Origin: Eledone cirrhosa
Taxonomy: Eukaryota
Direction: 5' to 3'
Assembly (NCBI GenBank): GCA_964016885.1
Contig: OZ024742.1
Coordinates: forward strand, 107,632,001-107,696,000
Length of the DNA stretch: 64,000 bases
Shown: positions 14,208 to 28,423 of the stretch, piece after piece
Numbering within the stretch: position 1 is the stretch's first letter
Layout of the letters: every line of letters begins with the position of its first letter
The notes under the pieces: model-generated
Database searches by the model: none
The model's input: the letters and a program-made list of their open reading frames with translations, nothing else
What the model was told of the DNA's origin: nothing
Position numbers and translations under genes: made by a program

Positions 14208-14949
14208 TATATATATATGTATGTGGTGTGTGTGTGTGTGTTGATGTATTCGAGAATGAGTACGCAATACTGGAGCAGAGTTTAATATTCTTCTTCATCA
14301 TGGCTAAGTGATGAGTCTTGTTAAGCTGTAGCTTCACCTGTATACTCACATGATCTTGAGACAAGATTGAATGTTTATAGACAGAGAAACAGTATAATTA
14401 GAGAAAGATCCAAGGGGTGGGAGGATTGGGAAAAAGTCATGGAAGAGCGGAGGAAAAAGAATAGAAAGAAGAAAGAAAAATGGAAGGAAAAAGAACGAAT
14501 GAAAGATGGAAAAGAAGGAAAAAGGAAAGAGGAAAGAAAGGGAAAGATGTGAGGAGGAGAAGGATGGAGTAAATAAGGGTGGTTTGGTAGATGTGGAGTA
14601 GAGTGAAAAATTTGTAACAAAGGACTGAGTGAGAGTGCTAGTAAAATAAATATATATATAGATTCAATATCAAAGAAGATCCACAAGAAATATTGAGGTA
14701 AAAATATCGAACAATAAGTAAAAATGTGACCAATAAGTGGAGCTGGTAGTCAACTGAAGAAACCTTTAGCAAATTGATGACTAATAGTGATGTTGATAAA
14801 TATATATATACATAACCAAATAAAACATAAAATAAAAAAAAAACTAAAAAACAACTAGAAACTAAGTAAGTAGATAACTAACCCCAAATTTTCAATGAGC
14901 TTTTTTAAGTTAAAAATTGAAAAAAAAAAAAAATTGACCACAATAGCAA

Positions 14950-15875
14950 TAATTGTTTCTACTTTAGGCACAAGGCCAGCAATTACCCAGTGCATTACTG
15001 GTACTTTATTTTATCGACCCCGTAAGGATGAAAGGCAAAGTCAACCTCGGCGGGATTTGAACTCAGATCGTAAAGGGACGTAACCATGCTGGAAAGCATG
15101 GCGTCCGACCCTCTACCGATACTGCCAATCCACCGCCCTTGGACCACAATAGCAATAATAATGATTCGGAGGAGTGTAATAACTGTAACGGTGATAATAA
15201 TGATAATTATGATATTGATAATAATAATATTGTTTTTTGATTTAGGCACAAGGCCAGCAATTTCGGGCGAGGGGAAAGTCGATTAAATCGACCACAGTAT
15301 GGATGAAAGGGAGAGCTAGCCTCGACAGGATTTGAACTCAGACCCTAAAGGACCGTAACTCTATGCTGCAGAGCATGGTGTCCAACGCTCTACCGACACT
15401 GCCAAATAGGGTGTTACAGTGTGGTATATACCGCAATACTACAAAATCCCTTACTGCTTAAGGGTATAACGACAATAATTATTATTTCTACATTTAACAC
15501 AAAGCCAGTAATTACCACAGTGCATTACTGGTACTTTATTTTATCGAACCCGTAAGGATGAATGGCAAAGTTAACCTCGGCGGGATTTGAACTCAGAACG
15601 AAAAGGGCCATAACTCTATGCTGCAAAGAATGGTGTCTGACGCTCTACCGATACTGCCAATCCATAATAATTGTTTCTACATTTAACACAAGGCCAGTAA
15701 TTTGAAGTGAAGGGAAAAGTCGATTAAATCGACCCCAGTGCGTAACTGGTGCTTTATTTTATTGACCTCATAAGGCAAAGCTAACCTCGGCGGGATTTGA
15801 ACTCAGAACGCGGAGGCCCGTAACTCTATGCCTCAAAGCAAAATGTCCGGCGCTCTACCGATATTACCAATACAC
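14950..15875 (-). mobile_element. Four head-to-tail tRNA-derived SINE copies
   Basis: Units at ~14955-15140, 15235-15405, 15485-15665, 15670-15875, each with A/B boxes and separated by (AAT)-rich linkers. Confidence 0.85.
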
Positions 15876-16551
15876 TATTAGTAATCGTGATAATACATAA
15901 TAGTGATGAAACAGAGTAAATCAAGTTAACGAAAAATAAATTAACGTGCAATAAAATGAAATGAATTGAAAAAATGAAAAAAAAATGTAAATATAAAAAA
16001 ATAGTAGCAATGAAAATATAAGGGCTTCTCCTTGTATCCTAGAAACTAACATCCACAAGATATAAAGTTTAAAATTTCCAATGTTAGATTGTTTGCAGTT
16101 TACAAATCTTAGAAACATGACAATAATCAGATCGTCCGCAAAACAGAGTGGTTAGATTGTTCACTAAATGTAAAAGTGCAATAGTTTTATCGTCCACCGG
16201 ATACAAAGTTTAAAAGGATTGACAGTATGTCAATAAACGGACATGGATGAGTGGGGTGATACATTCCATAATCTACAGCTCTACAGAAAATTAGGGATTA
16301 CAGATATCAAGGAACTTGGAGGAGGGTTTTACCACTCATAGTATGGTGGTGGTGGTGGAGGAAACAGGGCCAAGCATATGTGGGTGAGGGATGGTGGGTC
16401 GGATTACACAGAATGGATGACTCACCTACACTCCCAAATCTCATCTATAGCAAAACCCTCTCTGCACCCACCCAACCCACATCTATCCATGATTGGTTCT
16501 GTTTTCCACCCAAGTGCTGCAGTCTCACTCTCATTACCCCGGTGTCTGCAA

Positions 16552-16657
16552 CCCCTAATTTCATGGTGTTATAGGGTCACTGTCCTGACACACAGTGTAT
16601 CTTGTGCCGTTTGAACCTGGTGTAGCTCATCCCGCAATAGATTTGAACACAGCCGAT
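16552..16657 (-). other. Conserved three-hairpin repeat 5' motif, copy B
   Basis: ATCGGCTGTGTTC..CAGGTTC..CACTGT(8-nt loop)ACAGTG..CCCTA..TAGGG directly after (CTAT)n. Confidence 0.6.
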
Positions 16658-16662
16658 ATCAG

Positions 16663-16696
<34 letters not shown>

Positions 16697-17828
16697 AATT
16701 GATCTAGTACTGGACTGCTACTTTGTTATCGACATCGAATCTATGAAATCAAAAAGCTGATTTTAGTGGGATTTGAATTTAGAGAGCAAAGAGCCGGAAT
16801 AAAGTACAGTAATGCATTCTATCTGACGTTCTAACGACTCAGCCAATTCGCCATCTTACTTAATACAAAACAACCTGTAAAATCAAACAAATATTGTAGT
16901 ATGCATGGAAACCTATACGTTAGAAAACGACATAGTAGAGCCATTATCATAATGGTAAAATTACATTTGGAGGTATGAAGATTTGAATTCATTCCTTCGC
17001 TTTAAAACCAAATTTAATGGATAGCACTCATATATATTAATAAAACATCAAACTAGATTCTACCAGTATGTTTTAGAATTCAGATTTGCAATGATATTTT
17101 CTGAATTACAATAAATAATTCAGACTGCATTGGTAATAAACTAGAGAAAGGAAACAGGTTCTTGAGGAAGATTTATTCATTTATTGTCGTATTTGATGCA
17201 ATAAAAAAGTCAGGTCTTGTATCGTGTGAAACCATATATTATTTATAAGTCTTGACAAATGCATTCAAAATTAGCAGTAATAAAAGTGTCCAAAAAAATT
17301 TGAAAGCCACGCAAGTTTTATTGTTAAGTATTTTTCAAAGGAAGTTTCGATAAAGTAGCTTGCACACACACATCTTAATGATATAGATAGGAGTTTGAAA
17401 AAAAAAAAAAAGTAATTGCGAGGCGAAATTCTGTTAGGAAAACCTGGAATTTTCCATAATGTCTCATCAACAACAATTCACGTACACTTGAGAGGAATAA
17501 ATGCATTAAGTTAAGATGGATTTACAACAAATAAACACTGTTTTATGTTAAACAACACGTTGGTGACACAGAATGATAAGAGGTACCCTTGAAGCAAAAT
17601 ATATTTACATGCTCTGAGATTGGATAGAGAAATTGTTAAAATGATGTCCAAAGAATATATATATGATATATTTATGTGGTTAAAATTATTGTTTCTGGGG
17701 AGGCCAGCGGAATATTATGAAAAAAGCTGAAGGGAGTTAAGATCGATTATTCTACAAGGATAGGCCTCGAGGAAGGTGACTATATCCAAAGAGATATTTA
17801 GATAAAATACAATGCATTGTGTACACCC

Positions 17829-17888
<60 letters not shown>

Positions 17889-18659
17889 AAATATGAGTGT
17901 GAGCGTGTTTTATACATACATACATACATACATACATACGTACATATATACACGTATACATATATAGATGCACGTATATATATATATATATATATATACG
18001 TATATAAGCGAATTCTATTCACAAATAATGCCTCTGCTTCTGTTAATGTTATCATAATCAGATAACAACTTTCTAACTGCGATCCAATCAAAATTCCGAA
18101 GAAATTCGCCGAAAGCAGATTTACGAGCTCCTACGGATTATATGGAAGACCAGTCATGACTTTATGTTCCGCTATAGAGTTGGACATTGATAAGAGCTAT
18201 TATCTAACCACATAGCAAGCAAACAGGATGCTGTTCTGTCATATATAGATATTTGCTAACATGACAAATTGTTCCTAAATTATCGTTCTTTGCATTTGGT
18301 TTCATAATATACGTCGTCTTTTGCAATAAAATTGTTTGACTAAAATAAATAATATAAGACATACATAAAAAAACCTGTGACTGCCATCTAAGAATAGAAG
18401 TAAATAATATCCAGAGGTAATACATCTATGTCAATATTGCCTCTTCAGTGTACTATGAGCAGACTTTAACCATATGTAATTTATATATGATGAAACATTA
18501 TATTTATTTACAGAGATCTCTCATTTTCTCTCACCCCCCCCCTCTATATATATATATATATATCGACAGTCGATCGACTTTCGTCAAATCGGACCGAGAA
18601 AACAATGTTTCCGTTGGTCTTTCAGATTGCTAATACTATATATCCATCGCAACTCCAGG

Positions 18660-18782
18660 TAGAAGGAGCAATGTGAAATAAAGTGTCTTGCTCAAGGACA
18701 TAACGCATCACCCGGTTCGGGAATCGAACTCACAACCTCACGATTGTGAATCCAATCCTCTAACCACTCAGCCACGCGCCTC
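18660..18782 (-). mobile_element. Second tRNA-derived SINE family
   Basis: ggcgcgtggctgagtggttag..gagttcgattcc..gtccttgagcaagacactttatttcac; related copies at 63358-63686 and ~50165-50320. Confidence 0.75.
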
Positions 18783-18857
18783 CACCTCTCTCTATATATG
18801 TGTGTGTATATGTGTGTGTGTGTGTGAATGTGTGGATGTGTGTGTCTGTGTGAATGA

Positions 18858-18899
<42 letters not shown>

Positions 18900-18904
<5 letters not shown>

Positions 18905-19231
18905 GACTGAATAATAAATATATAGACAGACTGAATAAAAAATGGCGTAGACATACAACACAACAGGAGGAACAATGAATATAACACCACTGGCGATGTT
19001 GCAGATGTGCAACGAAAGATTTATGTAAATTATGTAAACTATATATATGTGTTTGTGTCTATATTGTATCTGTATTATTTTTGACCGCCGGTCAGTCAAT
19101 GGCAACATTGAGGACCGAGTAAGTTAGATCGCAGATATAAAAGACAGCGAGAAGCGAAAACCAACCAAACAGTGAGTGTGTTCTGTTATTAATTCTGGCA
19201 ATATTACGCAAATATGACCCTCCCCAAATAT

Positions 19232-19240
<9 letters not shown>
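18900..19240 (+). mobile_element. Diverged solo pLTR related to the Neptune-like family
   Basis: aaaatggcgtag and terminal atgaccctccccaaatataacaata(TA)n match the 28-36 kb pLTR; degenerate HHR CTGGCGA tGTTGCA-gatg-TGCAAC GAAA GATT TA at ~18985-19026. Confidence 0.6.
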
Positions 19241-19306
<66 letters not shown>

Positions 19307-19412
19307 TATACTTATACAGAGAGAGAGAGTTATATATTTGTGTGCATGGGCACTTCCCTCTGTCATCCCAGTTTTGCGAGTGGGTATGAGTATTTGTATA
19401 TAAGTGTGTGTT

Positions 19413-19458
<46 letters not shown>

Positions 19459-20164
19459 TGTGTGTGTGTGTATAGTTACATAAATACATATAGATAAGAC
19501 GATCATTTCTAGAATTTAAATATATATGTAACCTTTAGTATCTAAATATATATCTTCGTCTTCGAATTCTTAATTACATAAGTATCTGTAATTAGATTTT
19601 GTTGAACTAACTGTTATTACAATGGGGAATATTTATCGCTCGAGATATCTCCGAAACTATATATATAGAGGTTTGTGCTATATTCTGTGTTAAGATCACA
19701 GACATACTTTCATTTCAACCTTTTGATACTGACATAGCCAAAACTGACGTTGGTCTTATGAGAACAAAAAGAAAATTACATATTTTAACGAGTTCATATT
19801 TAAAATAAAATCTTCCAACATAAGTTATATAAGAATTATGCGTTAAGTTAAAATCTTAGTAATGGCATAATAAATAAGTTTAGTAAATTTTTCAACATTC
19901 TTCATTAATTAATCGAGGTAGAGTGTATTTCATTAGGAATATCGTCACAAATAGGTTAACACTTTTTGATTACAATTCGACCAAAACCGGCTCACTTCTA
20001 TAAAACAAAACCACACATTCTAAAAGTTCTCATTTAAAAAAAATCTTCCAACGTAATTTGTATAAGAACCATATGTTAAGTTAATATCTTAGTAATGGTA
20101 TAATAAAAACAAGAGGAAGCCAACGACGTAAACAGTGACAACAAAAACAAAAACAATAACATAA

Positions 20165-20710
20165 ATGTCGCTGCGATCCACTTTAGACTCTTTCGGCCTC
20201 CACTCGCTGTCATGTCGCCACAGTGTCGGCCGCCTTCCACGCCATGCTGCTCTCAACGATATCATAAACCATGGCTTGGATGCTGCAGACTTCCCCTACC
20301 AGCTCGAGCCGACAGGATCATCTTTCCATTCCGCAGTGGTAAACAACTCATCTGGGATGCCACATGCAGCGACACTTTCTCCAGCGGCAACTTGGTGAAG
20401 AGTCTGTGACTAATCCAGGCTCTGCTGCACTTCGGGCCGAGGAGGGTCAACTCTCCAAATATCGGTTGCTCTCCGACAGGTTTGCGGTCGAGCCCGTAGC
20501 AGATACTTCTTGTATCGTACTTCTTGGATACATCTTGTATCCTAGGTCCTAGGACCACCTCTCTACTTACCATCATCGGCACGAATTTGGCTACCCACAG
20601 ACGTGAGCCTCACGAGCTGGAATGGTTTTTCCAACACGTCTCCCTCATCATCCTCCGGGGAAACACCTTCTCTATTCGGTCCGCCGGGACCGCGGGGCGG
20701 CCAGCACGTG
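20165..20710 (+). mobile_element. CRE-clade non-LTR retrotransposon C-terminal fragment
   Basis: GLHSLSCRHSVGRLPRHAALND..LEP..GKQLIWDATCSDT..LGPRT..FQHVSLIILRGN (zinc knuckle + restriction-like endonuclease), frameshifted. Confidence 0.8.
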
Positions 20711-21086
20711 GGCTCCCATTTAAATATAACAGTGAAGGATGGGGTGAACGAGAGAGAGAAAGAGAGAAACATCAAAGCACACACGCACTTGTTAAGACAA
20801 TAGCCACTGGCTCCTATATGTCTTCACAAATGGACCATGTTCTTATTTGCAAACAAACCAATAAGTTTATTAGATTTCTCAAAATTGTTCATTACTTATT
20901 TGATGTAGAGAGTATTTCAGAAAAAAAATGATCACAAAAAGGTTAAATCATTCAGCCATGTTGAATATAAAAATTAAATATTTTCTTATTTTCAACTGAG
21001 AAGGAAATAAGTCAATATAACGAATAATATTTCAGCTTTAGCAGCGGGTAAAACTGATTACGAATTTATTGACTGTACGTGCAACC

Positions 21087-21208
<122 letters not shown>

Positions 21209-21439
21209 ATATGTGTGTATGTATATGTGTGTATGTCTCTCTCTCTCTCTCGCTCTCTCTCTCTCTCTATTACAATATGTTGAAAAGGTAACGCACTAGA
21301 GAGAGATATACAGTGCGCTATCAATAAAACAGGGAAAAACCACCAGTGTATGGAATCTATAACCTATGAGAGGCAGACTATAGACACGATAATTAAAAAT
21401 ATAAATTAAAGCGTAAATAAATACCTCTATAACTATATA

Positions 21440-21521
21440 ACACACGTACAAATCCAAAGAGATCTGTTTCGCCAGAAAGTTGTTGACAGAAATGGAATAA
21501 CCTCGGTTCCTCAGCGTGTGT
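21440..21521 (-). ncRNA. Type I hammerhead ribozyme motif with full stem III
   Basis: Reverse complement ACACACG CTGAGGA accgaggtt..aactttctggc GAAA CAGATCT-cttt-GGATTTG TA CGTGTGT. Confidence 0.75.
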
Positions 21522-22185
21522 AAGGCTATACATTTCAGACAACACTAAGAGAATTTTATATATATAATAAGGGTTGACGGACCCAGCATATTTATCAATG
21601 CCAGTACCGGTTGTATCTCAGCGCACTCAATGGGCAATGTAAGATACATTACCAGAGTATACACATACTTATTTGCCTCAACACAACACACGTAAATCGG
21701 GTGCCTATAAGGTTCCCGGACTCGAGTTTCTGCATCACTAATGCATCAGTAAGGTGCACTGCACCATCTGTCTGCATATATTATGCAACAATGCACAATC
21801 GGCTTATGCTGCGGGTATCGTCTAATCAATAACCAATCGATCGACATAATCCAGACACCGGCCCGTGCTGGTCATGACTGTTTGTGACAGCCGACACGGT
21901 AAAGCGATTAACTGGCAACCGATAGGACTCTATCTCTCAACTAGCCACTGATTTACAAATTTTACGTGAGGACGGGAAGCTAAAAAGAATCAATCTATTA
22001 GTTCCTGTCAGAAGCTCTCAGCCAACGTGTCCCACACACAAATTATCAAGGGGTGAAAAGATGGCTATTAGAAATAGCAGTTCATATTGATATAAAATAG
22101 AATGGTAGCATTCGGTTCATGTCTCCAAGCCCCATGGCTAGAGGAAAGCGATGGTAACAATGGTAGTGCCAAGAACCTTTAACGG

Positions 22186-22231
<46 letters not shown>

Positions 22232-22429
22232 GTGTGTGTATGTGTATGTATGTGTCAGTGTGCATGTGTGTGTATGTAAGGAAAGATTTTGGTTTTAAAA
22301 ATCTTAAATTAAAAACATTGTTATGGGCATTTTCAACCACAAAACTCTCCTTAAATTCTTACTTATGTGGCAGAAAACCGATTTTTCTCACCACCTCTCT
22401 CTCTCTAGACACACACACACGCACACACA

Positions 22430-22554
<125 letters not shown>

Positions 22555-22908
22555 GAAAATTCAGTAACGAGGAACAAGGGAGGACAATATAGTACAATTT
22601 AACGTTAACGCTTGGTATGGTAGGAAAAGTATTTTAACATTTCTAACCCATCGGAAGATAGAATGAGAGATAGAAGAAAGAAAAAGATAAATGAAAGTAA
22701 AACTAGAAAAAAATGGGAAAAAAAAGGTCCCGGGGGAGGGGGGGGGGGCACGTGTGTGGTTTGTAAGCCACACACACACATACACAAAAATACACATCAA
22801 AGACTCACACACACACACACACATATATATGTGCATGCGAATGTATGTACGTCTGTGTGTGTGTGTGTAATATATATATTTATATATACATATATATACA
22901 TATATATA

Positions 22909-22941
<33 letters not shown>

Positions 22942-23222
22942 TTATATAAACATAAACGGAAAAAATGAAACGAAATTTTATTTCTCACTCTTAGTACGGC
23001 TGTTACTTAAATATAAGTATGTATACGTACATGCATATATGTATACAGACGTACAGTAGTATGTATATATATATATACATACATGCACACATATATATAT
23101 GTACGTATGGATTCACCGAACATTTATTATAATGCTCGGTGTGTTTGTAAACACACATCCCGAATTAAGCCGTACAGTGTCTAGCAACCATCGTTGCTCA
23201 TTTATTCAGCACTGACAAAGGA

Positions 23223-23265
23223 ACGCTGTACTAGTTTCAAGCTTATTAGCTATCGTCAGCAACGT
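23223..23265 (-). ncRNA. Minimal type I hammerhead ribozyme motif
   Basis: Reverse complement ACGTTG CTGACGA tAGCT-aata-AGCTt GAAA CTAG TA CAGCGT; palindromic stem III. Confidence 0.8.
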
Positions 23266-23271
23266 ATACCT

Positions 23272-23398
23272 TCCTGCCAGATGATTGAACGTCTGAAAGT
23301 ATATACTTTCCTTATGCATATTAACGGCTGAGCAGCCTAATTTGCATATCGAGTGAGTTAATCGTATATACTTTCAGACGTTCAATCATCTGGCAGGA
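23272..23398. repeat. Perfect ~35-bp inverted repeat with ~57-bp spacer
   Basis: tcctgccagatgattgaacgtctgaaagtatatac ... gtatatactttcagacgttcaatcatctggcagga. Confidence 0.9.
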
Positions 23399-23403
23399 TG
23401 ATT

Positions 23404-23467
<64 letters not shown>

Positions 23468-23566
23468 GTTGTTGCCTCGTTCGTCTGTATTGGCAGTGTA
23501 GTATGTTCGTATGGTGGAATGCTACTCTGTGTGTGTGTGTGCTTGTGTTGTTGTCTCGCTTGTGTG

Positions 23567-23645
<79 letters not shown>

Positions 23646-23649
23646 AAGC

Positions 23650-25916
23650 GACGAGCTGAAAGTCCTACACTTCGGACCCAAGTTCATCGTCTCACAACGA
23701 CTCGACGACAGACTCAAACTCGACATCGAGGCCAACTTTTGTCGAGCCGCTTACCAACTTAAATGGGTGACCGCCATCAACAGCGCCAGAGAAAATAACA
23801 GCGCCCACGCAACCCACCTCAAGTTCCCCACTTACCACCCTGACAACCCACTCCACCCCCGACCCATCAACCACGAACTCGACACTAAACTCATCAGGCT
23901 AAAACACTCCATCTCGGATATACTTCACAAACACACACGCACAACACACAACCTCACCAAATCTCAACTCACCACTCTCTCCAACCTAAAATCGAAGAAC
24001 CTCATCTACCTCCCCTCCGACAAGGGAAAATAATTCTGCGTCATCAGCAGAGAGGCCTACAACACCCTGGCCCTCCAACACCTTGACGATGACAACCTCT
24101 ACTCCAAGGTCACGGGAATCACTCCCGCGCAGATAGAGGAGCACATCAATGCCGCCTGGACCAACATCTGCGACCGGCGGAAGCTCCCGAAGAAGCTGAG
24201 ATACAACCTTCTCACGAGGAACAGCAGACTACCCGCCTTCTACCACCTCGTGAAAACACACAAACAGGGACCCGACCTGAAGATCAGGCCCATTGTATCG
24301 AGCGCGGAAGGACCGCTCAACCAATTTCATGTCTCCTAGCCAGAATACTCAAACCCATCTTAGACACCTTGCCGGGACACGTTAACAGCTCCGAGGAGGT
24401 GTTGGAGAGCCTGCATCAAATGGATCCCGACACCAGAAAGGATAACAGATATGCCTTCAGCCTTGATGTAGTCGCTCTCTACACCTCGGTCCCGGCACTC
24501 CCGGCTGTTAATATACTGATGGAACGCGTCCAATCCACCGATCTACACTGCTTCGGGCTCACCACCACTGACATCCACCAACTCCTATCCATCGTCGTCG
24601 ACAACACATACTTCGGATTCCTTGACCAAACATACCAGCAAACCTCGGGACTGCCCATGGGCTCAAGCCTGTCGGGTGTGCTAGCGATCTCTTACATGGA
24701 CACCCAATATAAGTTACACTGGGAGATCCTAGCTAGGGCTAGATCGTATAACGGAAATAAAAGACCATGTGACCTCTGCGCCACTGAGGCCCTGGAAATA
24801 CTCTACGCCACAGACCACTTCTTAAACAAAAAATCTGAGGCAATTTCGGCTTGTAAACATAAATTGCACAAAACTTTCCTGTATTACAACCCCACATTAT
24901 ACCCTAACGGATAATACGATCTATACGTGGATATTTTACGTCTTGATGTGGGAGCTAAGTATATGTTTTGTTTATACCATTACTTATTTGCATAGGTAAG
25001 TATATATTACCCGTATGTTTTGTGAAGGTACGTATACCTTCTCGTACGTATATTTGATTGTTTATGTTATAGCGTATAATTTTATATTTTCTGGTACATA
25101 TGGTTTGGCTTTGTGTATACGGGAGTTTTGCGTCTGTGTGAGTATGCTGGTTCGTACGTATGTAGGGTGTGTGTATATGTGTACTTCATGTTTTGGTTGA
25201 CTTACGTCTCCGAACATTCGTGTATTTACATGTAGGTATGTGTGTGCGCTTGTTATATACGTATTTATTTATTTATATACGTTTATATAATTATTTATTT
25301 ATTTGTATACACGCATACACACACACACATATTTATATGTGCGTGGTTTTGTATACATATGGTAAGTGTTTTGCGTATGCTTGTATGTACGTATTTGTTT
25401 GCGTGTATGTATTTATTTATTTCTATTACTTCTGTATTGTATTTATTTACTTTGTTCTTAACTCTGTAGCGGAGATTCAGTCGGCCTCCTTGTTAGAATT
25501 TTAGTCTACGACTTCTGCTATACCATTTACGTGGTTTTATCTTTGCGTGCTATTGTTCTCCACGCTCCACATATGACGTATTATCTTCGTTTTTTTCGTT
25601 CATTGCCGAAGAACGTCTCTATGAACCACCTAAAAGAACGTTAGTCTACGACCTCTTTTATACCATAAACGTGGTTCTGTCTTTGCGCGTAATTGTTTTT
25701 CACCGCTCCTTTTAATGACATATTATATTCGTTTTTTCCCGTTCTTTGCCAGCGAACGTTTCCACGAACCAAAGTATCGTCTTCCTGTCTTCCTCCGGTT
25801 GCAACGTTTTTTGAAATATCCACTTCTGCGTTTACAGATTGACTTTGTTAGTTTCAGAAGATCCCGTTAAGGGTGAAAGCAGCGATTCTTTGCTTAAACT
25901 TTAATCTGTTATTTTA

Positions 25917-25920
<4 letters not shown>
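23650..25920 (+). mobile_element. Decayed PLE: RT N-half joined to endonuclease C-tail, plus long 3' region
   Basis: GPKF..YLPSDKG*..FYHLVKTHK..IRPIVS..SLDVVALYTSVP..QQTSGLPMGSSLSGVLA then WEILARARSY..CDLCATE..LNKKSEAISACKH; degenerate HHR cagaagatcccgttaagggtgaaa at ~25855. Confidence 0.85.
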
Positions 25921-25952
<32 letters not shown>

Positions 25953-26139
25953 GGAATAGAATGAAACGAAATTTCATTTCTCACTCTTAGTACGGCACTT
26001 ACTTAAATGTAAGTATGTATGTATACGTACATACATATATGTATACAGTGCATATATATATGTGTGCCTGTATGTATATATATATACATGCTACTGTACG
26101 TCTGTATACATATATGTATGTACGTATACATACATACTT

Positions 26140-26237
<98 letters not shown>

Positions 26238-26241
26238 GTAT

Positions 26242-26474
26242 AAAGCTTCACGGCACAGGCATTGCTTTATATCTGGAGATCTTTCTGCACTTGTCGTCAC
26301 ATGGTATCATGGGCCCAGCACTATGTGTCAATAATTGTCACAGGTGTAGTGTTTGTACCAGAGTTTTCAAATCGGTGGTTGGACTAAAAAGCCACACTCG
26401 TTCAGCGCATCGGTAGGGGTACTCCTACATGGATATAAAGTAGTGGCCCTACTCGAAATCAGTTGGCAGCCACC
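26242..26474 (+). mobile_element. 3' fragment of RTE-derived non-autonomous element
   Basis: [24 protein letters not shown]2H2 finger then short 3' UTR; copies at 36351-36583 and 61690-61925 (minus). Confidence 0.75.
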
Positions 26475-26570
26475 ATATATATATATATATTTATATATAC
26501 ATACATATATATATATGTTTATATATATATATATATATATTTATATATACATACATATATATATATATAT

Positions 26571-26637
<67 letters not shown>

Positions 26638-26762
26638 GGAGGTGAGTTTTATTGTAGTACAATAAAGCAATGTAGATATCGGATAAGAAGCACTCTACAG
26701 TTTGTTGATTTAAAACTGCACTATCCACAAGTGTTTTTTAGCCTTCATATCATGTTCTCCTG

Positions 26763-26829
26763 TTTTATCTGATGAAAACACAAATATTATTGCATGATGA
26801 TGTTTGTTTTTGAAATGCGCATAATAAAA
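26763..26829 (+). ncRNA. Minimal type I hammerhead ribozyme motif in ~230-bp insert
   Basis: TTTTAT CTGATGA aaacACAAATATT-att-gcat-gat-GATGTTTGTtttt GAAA TGCGCA TA ATAAAA. Confidence 0.75.
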
Positions 26830-26861
26830 TACATGGAACTCCTTTAACCATCTTTTGATCT

Positions 26862-27006
<145 letters not shown>

Positions 27007-27068
27007 CATACATATATATATATATGTTTATATATATATATATATATACATATATACATACATATATA

Positions 27069-27438
27069 TATAAACGTTTGTATATGTATAATAAAGACAA
27101 AACAATGCAGGTATGGACATAGAATAAAGAATGCAAATGCAAAAGATATTGTTGACAATTAGTCTTTTCACTTAGATTTATTTAAATGTCCTTAATTTTC
27201 GAGATAATATCTCTTCTAATATCTCTTCCTATCAGCATGACTTGACAAGCTATTTAGAACACTGGTTTAACCGCTTTACTTCCCTCCGAAGAAGAGATAA
27301 TATCACGAAAATTAAGGACATTTAAATAAATCTAAGGTAAAAGACCAACTGTCAACAATATCTTTTGCATTTGCATTCTTTATTCTATGTCCATACCTGC
27401 ATTGTTTTGGCTTTATTATACATATACAAACGTTTATA
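27069..27438. repeat. Foldback element, ~145-bp inverted arms (copy 1)
   Basis: 27069-27216 is the reverse complement of 27290-27438; duplicated at ~36909-37278; HHR-like CCGAAGA agagat-aat-atcac GAAA ATTA at the arm boundary. Confidence 0.85.
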
Positions 27439-27524
27439 CCTCATTACACAATGCTTCAAGTGAACTATAACCTCCTCCTCCTATATATATATATGTTTAA
27501 ATATATATATATATATATGTTTAA

Positions 27525-27665
<141 letters not shown>

Positions 27666-27679
27666 AGGAGGAGGTTATA

Positions 27680-27960
<281 letters not shown>

Positions 27961-27967
27961 TTATATA

Positions 27968-27998
<31 letters not shown>

Positions 27999-28007
27999 GT
28001 GTATATA

Positions 28008-28258
<251 letters not shown>

Positions 28259-28423
28259 ATACTTTGGGAGGGTCATGTTGCCAATAAGAAACACACGCAC
28301 CAGTGCTTTCACTTCAATTTATTATATATTTATAAATTTATAAATTTATAAATTTACAAATCTACAAACTTATAAGTTTCTGGTTGGTTGGTTGGTTCCA
28401 CAACCAGATAGTTGTTTATATAT

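Noticed and set aside
14950-15875. tRNA genes or CRISPR-like array
   Set aside because: Only SINE heads with A/B boxes, no cloverleaf; repeats are long, diverged and eukaryotic
18562-18630. Palindrome gtcgatcgac next to GAAA on minus strand
   Set aside because: No properly spaced CUGANGA core or closing stem I
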